In this document: piece by piece, positions 1 to 13,380 of the stretch
Layout of the letters: every line of letters begins with the position of its first letter
How positions within the stretch are numbered: position 1 is the first letter of the stretch
Source: Malassezia furfur
Taxonomy: Eukaryota
Direction: 5' to 3' (one strand)
DNA length: 64,000 bases
Assembly: GCA_052055015.1 (NCBI GenBank)
Contig: JBQJIT010000009.1
Notes under the pieces: generated by a model
Databases searched by the model: none
What the model was told of the DNA's origin: nothing
What the model saw: only the letters and a program-made list of their open reading frames with translations
Program-made: the position numbers and the translations under genes

Positions 1-93
1 CCGCACGGCGGGGTGGCGTGGGGGGGCCATGCGCGTCGGGCGGCGCGGCTCGCGATGCTATGCGTACCCATTGTGCTGTCCAAATATCGGTCA

Positions 94-3000
94 CTATGTC
101 TCGGAAAGAATCGACTGGTCGCCTGCGTAAGTCACCCCTGCACGTACGTTTCTCCTTGCCCAGGATGATGTCGCCGAGATGGCGCACGTGGTCCTTGAGC
201 CCGTCCTTGGCCCACTTGGCGGTGCGCACGGGCGTGTAACCCATGGCGCCGCGGTGGCGCATATGCAGCTGCTCGGTCTGTGCACGGTTGATGGCGCGGC
301 GCTCCTGGCGCGTGATGACGCCGTCGTCGTTCGCGTGCGAGTTCTCCTCGGCGCGCATCGGCAGGCCGACGAGACGCTCGTACACCTCGAACTCGTGGCG
401 GTCGCGCGCGCCCGTGGCGATCGGGCGGAACGCCTCCGAGAGGCCTGGGCGCACACACAGGCGCATGCTGATCGTGCCGACCTCGTCAAAGTCGTGCGTT
501 TCCTTGGCCTGGGCGTCGATGTAGTTGCGCTCGAGCTGCTTGGTGTTGGCGGCGTGCAGCACGGGGAGCACCACATCGGTCATCTGGTCGTCTTCGAGCT
601 CGCGGAGCGGCAGAATGGCGATGGCGTTTGGCTTGTTCAGGCCCGGGAGCGGCGAGCGCCCAAACTCGAACACGAGCAGCGTCGAGTAGCGGTCGTACAC
701 CGGCACCGAGATGAGCGGCTCGTGCTCGTTCGACTCGGGGTGCTTGCGCAGGGCGCGCATCTTGAACTCGTGCAGACCCGCAACGATGGTGAGCTTGAGG
801 TTGTTCAGCTTCGTGTTCCACTCCTGGGAGCTGCTCTCCACCTCGATGTTGCTCAGGATGTCGACGTGGACCGTGTTGAAGCCGCGCAACTCGCGGGGGA
901 TCGAGAGGCGCACCGCCTTGAAGAGCAGGCTGAGCGCCACCTTGCCGTACCCCACACCGTCCTGCAAGCTGAACATTTGCTCGACCTGCGACGCCTTCCG
1001 GAAAAGGTCGCGCAGCGGCAGCGCCACAATGCCCATGATCGGGTCGTGCTCGCGCAGACGCGCGTCGCGCACCACGATGCGCAGCTCCGCCTTGGTCCAG
1101 TCGCGCACGAACAGCTCAGTACCCGCGTTGAAGAAGGGCATGTTGCTGTACTGCTTGACGCGCGTCTTGAACTGCAGGTGGTCGTTGAGGATCACCTCGG
1201 CGTAGCTCGAAGGCAGCTGGTCGGTGCCTGCGTCGATGTCCTGGCCCGAGGCGCCCTCGCGGTCCGAGCCCTTGACGCCCTTCTCCACCTCGCGGTTCTC
1301 GAGGCCGTCAATGTGGCGCACAATCACGCTCAGCACACCGCACGGCCACTGCGGGTCCGGCGGGATGTACAGCGTGCCGGCCTCCTCCTGGGAGTCAATC
1401 GGTGACGGCTGGCGCTCGCTCTCCTTCTCGGCCTGCGACTCGTTCTTGGTGTCCTTCTTCTGCTCAAGCTTGCGGTTGAGTTTGGCCTTCTCAAAGAAGC
1501 CGACCGACCAGCGCAGCTGGCCCTGCATCTGGTCCGCGTCCTCAAAGCCCATCAGGTCCGACGTCTTCTCCATGATCTCGTTCGGCTTGCGGATCAGGTC
1601 GGTGAGCGGCATGTTGACGCGGCCCACAATGTCGTCTGCCGTGTGCCGGTCCGAGTCCCAGAGTTGCAGCGAGAGGCTCTCTCCGGAGCGCAGGTCGTCG
1701 CGCGTCACGAGCAGGAACGCCGTCTCCTCCCAGACCGGGTTCAGGTCCTCAAAGATGATGCGCGTGGCGTACAGCGGACGGCCAAACTTGGCAAAGCTCA
1801 GCACCGTGTATGGGTCCGACTTGCCGTTCACGTCCTGCGACGAGAGGTTGTAGCCGTACTTGATGTTGACCATCAGCACGCCGAGCGCGTCCGTGTCCTT
1901 CTTGATACCGTCGCCCGCAAGGATCTCGGTCATGTTCATCGTCATGCTCTTCGGCGCGACGTACATGTTGCACGCCGCCGCAATCGACGACTGCACGAAG
2001 TTGCTGATCAGCGGCAGGTCGAGCACGTTGGGCAGGAAGCGCGCCATGGGGATCGCACTGATCGCCACACTCGGCACGCCCATCAGCGAAAAGGTGACGT
2101 TGCGCAGGAAGGGCGCCTCCGAGGTGATCTGCGCACGCAGACGCACCGTACCGATGATGTGGTCCACCTGCACCCACACGGGCACCGGAATCTCGATCCA
2201 GTCAAACGCGCCCAGGAAAAACTCCACGAGAAGGTGTACGTTCTTGGAGCGGTCCTTGGTCGTCTCGCCCGACATGGCCGAGTAGCAGAAGCTCACCTCC
2301 ATGTTCAAAAAGTCGCCCGCATCGTCCTGCTCCTTGGCCTCCTTGAGCTCGCCCGCCGCGTCGCCCTCGTCGCCCTGGGCCGCCTCGGCGCCGTCCTTCT
2401 CGGTGCCATCGTGCTGGCCCGGGCTGTGCTCGATCCACGTCCGCCGCGGGTACTCCGGGTCGGTCATCACTTCCGCCAGCGCACGCATCGCAATCATCCG
2501 CAGCGGGTTCTCACCGAGGCCAAAGTCGGAGATCTTCACCGCCTCAACAAAGCCGGGCAGCGAGCTCTGCATGATGTCCTCGACCATGTCGAGCATCGAC
2601 ACGAACATTTCGGGGTTCAGCTGCTTCCACAGGCACGCAATCGCCGCATTGAGCCATTCGACACTCTCCGGCATCGGCGGGCAAAACTTCTCACCACGCT
2701 GCTTGTGCATCGCGGCGCGCATCGCCTCCATTGACTTGTTCACGTTGCTGTACGCCAGACCCAGCGCGCCATACACAAACAGCGCCGCAACCACCAACAC
2801 ACCGGTGCGCGCGAAGAACGCCATCCACCCGTGTCCGAACGCAGACATGGCCCACACCACCACGATCAGGGCGGCCACCCAGAGCGCCGCATTGTTGAAC
2901 GACATCTTGAGCTGCTCCAGAATCTCCAGGTTGGGCGGCTCAGGGAACGGCTGCAGCAGCACCGACGAAGGCTCCACCGGCTCGGGACTCGTGTAGCGCG

Positions 3001-3784
3001 GGTCCTGCACCGCGTCCTCCCGGAGCCGCTGCGTCGAGTAGCCATTGCCAAAGCGCGAGTCGAGACGCTTGGTGTCGATTGACGTGTTCTTCTTGCCGTC
3101 GCGGATCACGACATCGCCGCCCGTAATCGGGTCGTCCACCTCGCGCTCGCCTTTGGCCACAAATTGGTTCGTCGTCTTTTGCTTGCTCTTCTTGGCCGCC
3201 TCCTTGATGCGGTTCTTCTCCTCCTCACCACCGCCCTTGTCCGTGACCACTTCGCGTTTCTGCCTCTCCTTGGGCGGCTCCTGCGACGCTCCCCCTTGGC
3301 CCTCGGAGCTGCGCTGGGACGCTCCACCCTGGCTGGCCGAGCTGTGCTGCGGCGCGCTCGCCGACGCATCGCGACCGTATGCATCGCTGCCGTACGTGCC
3401 AGCCATGCCCGTGCTCTCGTACGGCGACGATGCCGACGAGTTCCGCCAGTCGGGGTTGCGCCCGGCCTCGAGGTCGCGGCCGGCGAGCGGCGCACCACCT
3501 GACACCGGCGCATGGCCCATCGACGAGTGTGCATCCGCATATTCCTCTTGCTCGTGCGTCGTCGGCTGCGCGTACTTCGGGACGACCGCCGCGCCCGAGT
3601 TGCCTACCTCGCTGGGAACGCCAGGGTCTCGCTCGTTGTTCGACGACGTCCACCGCTCCCACATGTTCGACCATGACGATGGCTCCTCCGTCTCACCACG
3701 TCGCTCCCGCATCTCCCGCTCATACTGCTGTACTGTCGGAATCGGATTTCGCTCAGACCATCCCTCACCTGCGTAGTGAGCCAT
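94..3784 (-). CDS. C2-domain/SMP-domain membrane-contact protein (Mug190/tricalbin-like)
   Basis: Long frame from ATG 3784 (MAHYAGEGWSERNPIPTVQQY). Contains a hydrophobic segment, PESVEWLNA (SMP-like), DVNGKSDPY and WDSDRHTADD (C2 motifs). A 25-nt intron at 123-147 joins to ..KRDQSILSET-stop (94-96). It is missing from the ORF track, probably because the unspliced frame runs off the window edge. Confidence 0.8.
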
Positions 3785-4134
3785 GGTGGGCAGACACCGG
3801 GCCTAGGCGCCGAGTCGGGCGCCCTAATGCGCGGGGCCCGGCGCCAAGGGCCAACTCCCAGGGCACATCGTGCAGGTATGACGTCATTGCGTTGGTCCGT
3901 GCCTAGGCCCACGCGGCTCGGCTTGCGATCCGCACGTGGCATCGTCCGTGTCCCAGTGGAGAAGGCGCGTGGCCCTCCAATGCCCCGATGTAGCAGGCAG
4001 TGCTGCTCAGCGCCCGATTCGCGCCATGGGATTGGTGCGGAAGCGCCCCAAATGGTGCCTGAACTCCGCAACGCGCCGGGCAGTGCGCTAGAGGAGGCGA
4101 GGGCGCGCCCCTTCTTTGCGCTTATGGGAACGTT

Positions 4135-5616
4135 ATGGGGCCAATGCACGAACGATCCAGCAGCGTACCAGCCTCGCTTCTCGTTGCCCTCGATCCAGTG
4201 CTGGGCGACATGGATCACAGCACAGCTACAAGCACCGGTACCACCGCCGCGGTGCCTGCGACGCTGTTAGATGCCCAAGCCTCCAGCAGCAATGCATTTC
4301 CACGCCCCTCAATCCCTCCTCGTCCATACACCCCTGTCCATTCCTCCTCTGCACGCTCAGTGACGGATCAACCATATGCGTACGTGGTGCACTCTCCACC
4401 TGCATCACCATCTGCATCGTCCTCGCACCCTGAAGGAGCGCCCAGGTCTGGACCCTATCTGTCCCTGCCCTCGGCACAGAAAGACACATCCCTACTATCT
4501 CCTTCTGCGCATTGGGTCTCGGAGAGCGATCTCACCACACTCTTCGCGCCGTCCTCGCCTAGTGCCTCATCAGTTTCGGACATGGACGAAAAGGCAAGCT
4601 TTTTTGTCGGCGTATCCAAGGACGACGACGACGGCATCTACATCGACCGCCCACCAGAACTCGACAAACTCAACGAGGAACAACAGGCTATCGCAGCCGA
4701 GTACGCGCCCGATCTGGATAGCGAGCAAAAATCGCTTGTGCGCACCCTCCTTTCAACGGCGCTGGATTGGCGTAAATACGTTCGATGGCAGTATTGGCGT
4801 ACGTCACCTACTAACCCAGATTTGTACCTGATAACGGTGACGATCGTGGCCCTGATCATTGTGATCACCGTCTTCCACCATACCCTTGTGCAGGACTTGA
4901 AACCTGCCTCGGAAAAGGTGCGACACCTGGCATGGGGGTGGATCATCCCCGTGCTCCTCCTCTTTGTCCTCTCCTTCCCACCCCTCTTTGGCGGTGAGAT
5001 TATCGCGGTGCTGTGCGGTCTCGTATACGGAGTCTGGATTGGATTCGGCATTGTGGCTTTGGGCACGTTGCTAGGGGAAATCGCCAACTTCCTCTTGTTC
5101 CGCCACATGCTCCAAGCGGCCGCTTCCAAGATGGAGCGGAAGAACTTGACGTATGCGTGCCTTGCCGAGATCATTCGTACGGGCGGGTTTGTGGTCGCAC
5201 TCCTGGCCCGTTTCTCGGCCATACCAGGACATTTGACCACCGCCGTCTTTTCGACGGTGGGTATGCGATTTTGGGTCTTCTTTTTGTCCGCGCTGCTGTC
5301 ACTCCCCAAGCATCTCAGCGTGGTATATTTGGGCGTTGCGCTTGACACCGACAACGAAGAGAAGCACAGCGGCGGCTCCAAAGGTGTGCAAATCGGTGTA
5401 ATTATTGGCGTAGCGGCCATCACCATCGCAATTGCTCTGTACCTTTGGCGCAAGATGGACCAGGTCAACCCCCACGTGCAGCGCAGCATGCAGCTTGAGC
5501 GCTTCCAACGCCTTCATGCAGCCGCGTCCGCCTCGGAGAAACTCAACACCCCCTCTACTACGTCTGTAAATATGATCGATGAGAAGGAAACAGGACCGGT
5601 GCCTGTTTCCCTGTAA
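4135..5616 (+). CDS. Tvp38/DedA (SNARE-associated Golgi) membrane protein
   Basis: SFPPLFGGEI, GTLLGEIANF and ARFSAIPGH motifs with several TM segments. Predicted in-frame 21-nt intron at 4799-4819 (GTACGT..TACTAACCCAG). Start could be 4135 or 4210. Confidence 0.8.
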   Translation: MGPMHERSSSVPASLLVALDPVLGDMDHSTATSTGTTAAVPATLLDAQASSSNAFPRPSIPPRPYTPVHSSSARSVTDQPYAYVVHSPPASPSASSSHPEGAPRSGPYLSLPSAQKDTSLLSPSAHWVSESDLTTLFAPSSPSASSVSDMDEKASFFVGVSKDDDDGIYIDRPPELDKLNEEQQAIAAEYAPDLDSEQKSLVRTLLSTALDWRKYVRWQYWRTSPTNPDLYLITVTIVALIIVITVFHHTLVQDLKPASEKVRHLAWGWIIPVLLLFVLSFPPLFGGEIIAVLCGLVYGVWIGFGIVALGTLLGEIANFLLFRHMLQAAASKMERKNLTYACLAEIIRTGGFVVALLARFSAIPGHLTTAVFSTVGMRFWVFFLSALLSLPKHLSVVYLGVALDTDNEEKHSGGSKGVQIGVIIGVAAITIAIALYLWRKMDQVNPHVQRSMQLERFQRLHAAASASEKLNTPSTTSVNMIDEKETGPVPVSL

Positions 5617-5638
5617 ATAGCTGTATTCTGTACGGGGA

Positions 5639-7467
5639 CTACGAAGAGTTGCGAGCACCGCGCGCATCCAGCTCGACTTCGTCTGCTTCCGTCGGGAGAG
5701 CGGCAAAGTCGTGCGAGGCGCCGGGCAGATAGCGCCTCAGCGCTAGAGGAACCTCTTTTTGCGACACATAATACAGGGGGATGCCGGCGGCAATGAATGA
5801 AAAGGCTGCAAGCGCTTCCCAAGGGGCTGCGACAACCGGCATCGCGAGGAGGAATAGGGCCATGGCGATAAACACCACAGGGGTGATGAGCCACGTCTTG
5901 TAAGGCCGGTCCAGTTTTGGCTCCTTGATGCGCAGGTATAGCAAGCTTGAAACCGTTGTGCCGTACCAGAACCAGGCACAGACGCCACAGAAATTGACCA
6001 GGCTCGCAAAGCTCGAGCCAAACACCACAAACACGAGGATAAGCGCCGTCGATAGCACTGTCGCGTGAAGGGGACCGCCGAACCGGGGGCTAATTTGACC
6101 CACTGAGCGTGGTAGGAAGGAGTCTTGTCCTGCCGCCATGGTAAGCCGCGAATACGTGTAGAGGTGCCCATTGAGCGCCCCCAGGCACGAAAATGCAACC
6201 ATACCCGCAAACAATAAGCCTCCTGCGGGGCCCAGCGCAACCGTGCCAAAATCAAGTGCGACCGAGTTGGTGCTGGCAACGGTCATGGGCGGAAGAACGA
6301 CAAAGTAGGACACAACGACCGACACAAACGCCGCTGTGACAATGAGGGTACTAGCGTGAATTGCCCGTGGCACATCGCGTCGCGGGTTTTTCATTTCGCC
6401 GGCAACGAATGAGGCCTGGTCCCAGCCATCAAACGCCCACAGCCCACTGTACAGTGCCAATGCATACTGGCTCAGCAAAATTGAGGAGCCCCGGAAGAAG
6501 GATGCCATTGACGAAAAAGCAACTCGCGAAGGAGCAGGCATGTGACCCTGTGCAGCAAACACGATGGCCACCACCGGAATTGTTCCTAAAAGAAGGAGCT
6601 TGATGGCAGTCACTGTATTCTGCAGGCGGATTCCCAGGCGGGGGCTGTAAGCTTGCACCAAGAATACGGTAAGCACCACCAGCGCCGCAATCAACTTGAC
6701 GGCAAAGCGAGGCAGCTCTCCCACGTTGAACTTGCGGAAATCCTCCGAGGAGCCATCATCAAAGAGATGCAAAAGCACGCGCGTGATGTATTCGCCCAAG
6801 ATGGTTGCAATAATCGCGCCGCTGCTCGGCTTCATTGCGATAATTGCCGTCCATGAAAATAGGAATGAGACAAGATGTCCATACGAGTACTGTATTAGAT
6901 TGTATCATACCTGCAAGTAGGCTTGTGCGCCGCCATTCAAGGGAATAGTGGTCGCAAGTTCCGCAAACGAGCTAAATCAGTGGTTGGCTTACCTTGCCCC
7001 GGTCAGGGTCAGCGCTCCACTAATGATCCAGACGACTAGGCTTGCTCCAACTGACCCAGTGTCTGCTGTAACAACTCCAGGCGAGGAGAAAATCCCGCTG
7101 CCCTGCGTGAGTCGACGCGACGTACGACCTGTAAGCCAATGGTCAAAGACATCACTGTGTGAGCAAAAAAGGACACACCATCAATAAGACCAATCCGTGG
7201 TCTCCTGCCTGTTGCATTTTGCGAATGAGAGTGATCAAAGCTCTCGTCAATGTCCCGCGAGGGATGTAGCTGGAAAAGGGCTTCGTCCACAGAAGGGTCA
7301 CCGCTGGGGTCCTCAATGGTCACACTGTTTTTTGCGTGGGCAAGGTGTGGAAGGTGGTGATCGGTTTCTACATCGCGGAATGGTTTTGTAGCGACCTCTC
7401 CAGATCGTCTCCCAGCGGCGGCGACGCCTTCCATGGCCATCGCTTCGTCCAGTGCTCCGTGTTGCAT
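5639..7467 (-). CDS. APC-family L-type amino acid permease (Mup1/LAT-like)
   Basis: After removing introns 7155-7178, 7103-7125, 6972-6992 and 6890-6910 it reads IGLQVGSGIFSSPG..SFAELAT.IPLNGGAQAYL, then LYSGLWAFDGWDQ and GEMKNPRRDVP, typical of the LAT family. Confidence 0.88.
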
Positions 7468-7514
7468 GATACGAACGTCGCACCGACCGCGCCCCACCTC
7501 CACATTTCACTTAA

Positions 7515-8396
7515 ATGTGCGCGGTCCGCGAGTCGTGTTGGTCTGCTGTACGTGCCGCGCACTGACCCAGGGTGCTTCCGAGCTGCTTGAGACGGCTCCG
7601 CTCGCATTCTTCCCACAGGAAACGTGTGTTGCGGTAGGCGCGAGTGCTTATGCAGAAATGCATTGTTTTTGACGAGGCTATTCGGATACTCCTGATCGAT
7701 ATGGATCAATGTCTATGCTTCTATGTCGCGCATTCAAAGGTTTCCATTCGACGATGCATGGATGAAGAAGAAGATGCAGAGATTGAGTCCAAATCTATTT
7801 TTGAACAGCTTCGCTCCGCGATCTACAGGAAGGAAGAATCGGCCTCGGTCAATGTAGCGAAGACCGAGCTACATATTGTAGGTGCTGGATTGACCAAGGC
7901 GACTCTCGACGTGGTTTTTCGCTCCGCTAAGGCAAGAGCGTTACACATGACCATTACTCTGGATGGTATTTTAGGGAATGCCTACCTGTTTGCGAAAGCA
8001 TTTCAGCATTGGACCCATGCGCTGATCCGCATGTCGCTCGGACAGGTACGTCTCACGCCAACCAAGCTCCATTTGCCATTCGAAACAAACCTACCTACGC
8101 TCCTTGCTAGCCCCTTACTGCAGGCGGAGGTGAATGGAGCGATGCCTAGTTCGGACACTTTTCCTCCGGAGGATGCAGATTCGGACGAATCAGGTCCATT
8201 GCTTTTGTCGAGCCAACGGTCGTCGATTGTGTCTACCCCTGCCCACGCGGTGGCCGAAACCACCCCAAATCATCTTTCTCCTTCTAAACGCGGTCAAGAG
8301 GAGCAGGAGCGTCTTGAAGCCATTGAGCTGATCAAGACGGGCCAACAGACTACCCCTCAACGCACGACTCGCAGGAGCAAGGCCGCTCGATTTTAA
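7515..8396 (+). CDS. Hypothetical protein, candidate divergent XLF/Nej1-like NHEJ factor
   Basis: Introns 7548-7570 (23 nt) and 7634-7655 (22 nt) join ATG 7515 in frame to the 7644-8396 ORF. The XLF resemblance was judged by eye only. Confidence 0.55.
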
Positions 8397-8487
8397 CACG
8401 TGGGTTGGGTACCTACTAGGCTAGGCGTGTTCTCGGACCCTTTTTCCAAAAAACCATTCTCGCTCCCGCATAAGCTTCGCGCCCGCA

Positions 8488-10303
8488 ATGGCGGACAGTG
8501 CGGTGTTCGCCGCCCAAAATGCACATGAGACTGGGTGTTGCGGCATGAGTTCTCGCTCAGGCACGTCGTCGTTCCAGACCGTGGAATACGGCGAGCGGCG
8601 GATATCCATTGCTGAGGCGCTGGGATTGGGGATCAAATTGCGTGCCGCCTGTGAACAGTGTCGATTGCGCAAACTGCGGTGCTCTGGAGTTTCGAATGAC
8701 GGTCGTGCCTGCTCCCGATGCTCTCAGGACGGTGCAGATTGCTACTTTGGTACGTGATTTTCTGACCTCAGCGACGCAGTCGCAAATTGGCCGACCGCGG
8801 AAATGTGGGGACGATCGCACCCGAATGCGCTCCGCATCGATGAGCAGTGAAGTGGACAGCCCGCGCAAGATGCGCTGTGGGCCCAGTACGCAACGCTGTG
8901 CCGAGATAATAACGCCGCCTGCATTTCCTTCCCTGCCGGCAGAGGACCTCAAGCCCGCCTCACCAGCCTCCGGCTTCACGCCGTCAGTGCCGCCACTGCG
9001 TCCGCAGGACCTCAGTGCAGGTCCGTCGTCGCTGTCAGATCTGTCACTGGCGGTGTTTCTGGAGTCTCTGTATACTCTGGAGATTGCACCATCCGATGGA
9101 TTGACGCCTAGTATGCTCAACATCGGCCAGACTGAATGGAGCGCTGCTTCGGAGATGACCCCGTCGTCCAGCTCCGCCCAGGGTTCCTGCCAGTCCAGTG
9201 AGTATGCGGACAGCGCATTCTTGAACGACAATCTGGTCTACTCCGTGCCGTCGGACTTGCGTTGGTGGAACCTGGCTTGGGCGCTGCCATCGCAGCAGGG
9301 GGGGCACAGTGCATCATCATTGACAACGACGCAAGACACCCATTCCCGTTTTGTCCCAACTCCTGAACGCGTCGCCCCACCTGTGGCGAGCACAAACTCC
9401 GCGTCGCCTGCCGTTCCGCTGGAAGCGGCGCCTTCGTCATCGTCTTGTTGTACGTCCAAGATCAAGGAGGAGCGCACCCCACCACCAGCTGTGGACGACG
9501 ACCTGCACGAAAAAGTGCATTGTGTCCCCAACCCCACGGGTCCGGGATGCTCGTGTCTCTGTGAGTCGGATGTGGCCCTTCTTTCGTTGCAGCGGTCCCT
9601 GCGCAGTGGTCCCCTAGCGATGGACGAAAAGCAGACCAGTACGGATTCGAAGGTCGACGTGGCCTCGTCGCTTGTCTTCACCCTGTCCATGAGCCAGGCC
9701 ATTACGAAAAAGTGTGCGTGCAGTGCCGACTGTCCAACGTGCAAAAAGGACCCGTCGTACGAAATTAGCGCAGGTCTCCTGATTTCCACGGCGCTGCAAA
9801 TTTATGCGCGAGCGCTCAAAGTGTTCCAAGAGGTGTTGGTTTCAGAAGGCAGTACCTCGTGTGGATGCACGTCGTCCGGCTCCTGCAAGCAGTGCCCGTG
9901 CTCGTCCAATCCGCGAAATGGATCGCGTAGTCTCGCCAAAGAGGACGCCGGCGTTGAGGTGCGGATCGGCGACTTTGTGCCAACTTCGCAGAATGCACGC
10001 AAAATTGCGCTGTACGCGATGAAGCTCGAACTGCTCGACCTGGAACGTGCCCTGGCGCACGTTCAACAGGTCGCACAGCAGTCGCTTCCGGCACCACCCG
10101 ACGCTGTGGGCGAGGCACCGCCGCAGGCTCCCAGCGGTTCTTGCTGCGCGAAGAAGTCGGCTGATCTGAAAATCCCCAAGCGCAACACACCCCTCCGACT
10201 CAACCCCATCGACCAGCTGATCATCCGTAAACTCCATGTACAGCTCAGCGAGGTGCTCCAGACGGTCGAGAACCTGGAAGCCAACGAAACTAGATATGTA
10301 TAA
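8488..10303 (+). CDS. Zn(II)2Cys6 transcription factor with Cys-rich C-terminal clusters
   Basis: ACEQCRLRKLRCSG..ACSRCSQDGADCYF binuclear cluster. A 22-nt intron at 8750-8771 joins it to ATQSQIGRPRK and the long 8609-10303 ORF. Confidence 0.88.
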
Positions 10304-10306
10304 TAG

Positions 10307-11814
10307 CTACCCAAACCTTGCCAGGCGGAGCCGCCGCATCTCTTCCGCGGATACGGCGGGTGGTTCCGACTCGGTTTCCTCCTCCTCGTCTTCATCTGAG
10401 GGGTCACTAGAGCGCGGGGGCGTGCTGGTTTCTTTCGCCGGAGGGGCCGGCTCGGGGGGCTTTTGCGCTGCCTCGCGCAGGCGCCGAATACGCTCGACGT
10501 CGGCCGGTAAGGGAGCCGGTGCCGAGGGTGCACGATGCAGCTCGCGCTCAGTATGCGAGCGTAGCCGATCCGACACCTCGTAGGGCTGCCCCAGACTTGC
10601 AGCAATCACTGCCTGGAGCTGCTCATCGTCGTCGTCGAGGTGAACCGGCGCTGGTGCCTCAGACTCCGAGTCACTGCTGTCGATTTCTTGTACGTCGTCG
10701 TCAAACAGGCTCGTGCTCGCCGCTGCGGCAAGAAACGGCGACCGACGCACACTTGGTAGCTCGTCACTGTCGAGGATGTCGGACGAAGACTGCCTCCGTG
10801 AGTTGCGGCGGCTTCGGTTCGGCCGGATGCCAGGGGTATCGGTGGGGTCGTGGTCCGCCGCGCGCTGCTGCCAGCGCCGCTGACTACGATGGCCACTGGT
10901 TGGCAGTGGCTCAAGCACAGGCGACGCAGGCTCATTGCGCGAGCGATGCCGACGTGGCGCGATAGCATCGACATGCAAATCATTCTCTTCGCTGCCAGAG
11001 CTCAGCTCCCGGGCCCGCCGGCGGCGCGGGGTCTGGGTCAGTGGTAGGCAACGTACAAGGCTGTGAGTCTCGCTGTCATGGCGCTGCGCAAACTCTTCGC
11101 GACTCAATCGGAGAGCCTCTTGCAGCTCGGGGTCCTCGTCGTCGGACACGGCAATGGGGGCATCGGCGGTGCCAGGCGCACCATCAAGGCCTGTCTCAGC
11201 CATGTCATCGGCGATACTGTCAAGTGGATCTGCACCTGGTTCCTGCTCCACGACAAACACCGAATATCCCTCCTGCTCAGCCTGCGTCAGCATTGGCACG
11301 TACGGTGTGTAGAAATGTGCCCAGATACGCTTCGCCAAGCCACTGTGGCTTCGCAAAGAAGCTGTTCAAATTAAACCATTGACGCTGCGCACGCCCAAAC
11401 CCACGGATCGCCACCCAGTGGCTACCAAGGTTGAGCACAAAGGCGAATTCGCGCTCCGGGTGGTCATAGCGCTCCGGCATGCCCTGTTTGCGCCAGCGAA
11501 CCAAATTCAGGCTCCACGTCTTAAACGCACGGTCCAGCACCTCGACACTAAAAAACCCTGTGTCGTCCATATGGTGAGCGGTTCCGTTCGTGTCGGCATC
11601 CGCTGGTACAATGCCCAGTTCGCCGCGCTCGTACGAGGCGATTTCTTCAGCAACCTGGCCGAGCTGGCTTGCGTCAAAGAACTGCCCCTGTAGAATTCCG
11701 TTCAGGGCATGCTGCGCACACATCATACTGCCCGGCTCTTGGCGTTCTGATATGAGCAGCGCACGTACCATGATACACGTACGGCAATAGCCGCTCGCCT
11801 CGCTTCGCGGCCAT
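10307..11814 (-). CDS. Ataxin-3-like Josephin deubiquitinase with UIMs
   Basis: YHERQEPGSMMCAQHALN (catalytic Cys), HWVAIR and WFNLNS. UIM-like DPELQEALRLSREE and DEQLQAVIAASL. C-terminal EEMRRLRLARFG. Introns 11747-11768, 11282-11303, 11033-11056. Confidence 0.92.
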
Positions 11815-11900
11815 CGTCTTTGCCGCGTACGTGCGCTTGCCCCCCACACCACGCGTCACGGTTGGCCTACGCTGACGTAACGATCGGGCATTGCATCTAT

Positions 11901-13347
<1,447 letters not shown>

Positions 13348-13380
13348 TCATCACGTGGCCCACACCTTCGCGCCTCCACC

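Noticed and set aside
179..3776. Long plus-strand ORFs (408, 363, 243 aa) and similar antisense ORFs elsewhere (26746-29469, 47054-48775, 58410-60293)
   Set aside because: They are antisense shadows of real genes. High GC3 removes stops on the opposite strand, and the translations show no motifs.
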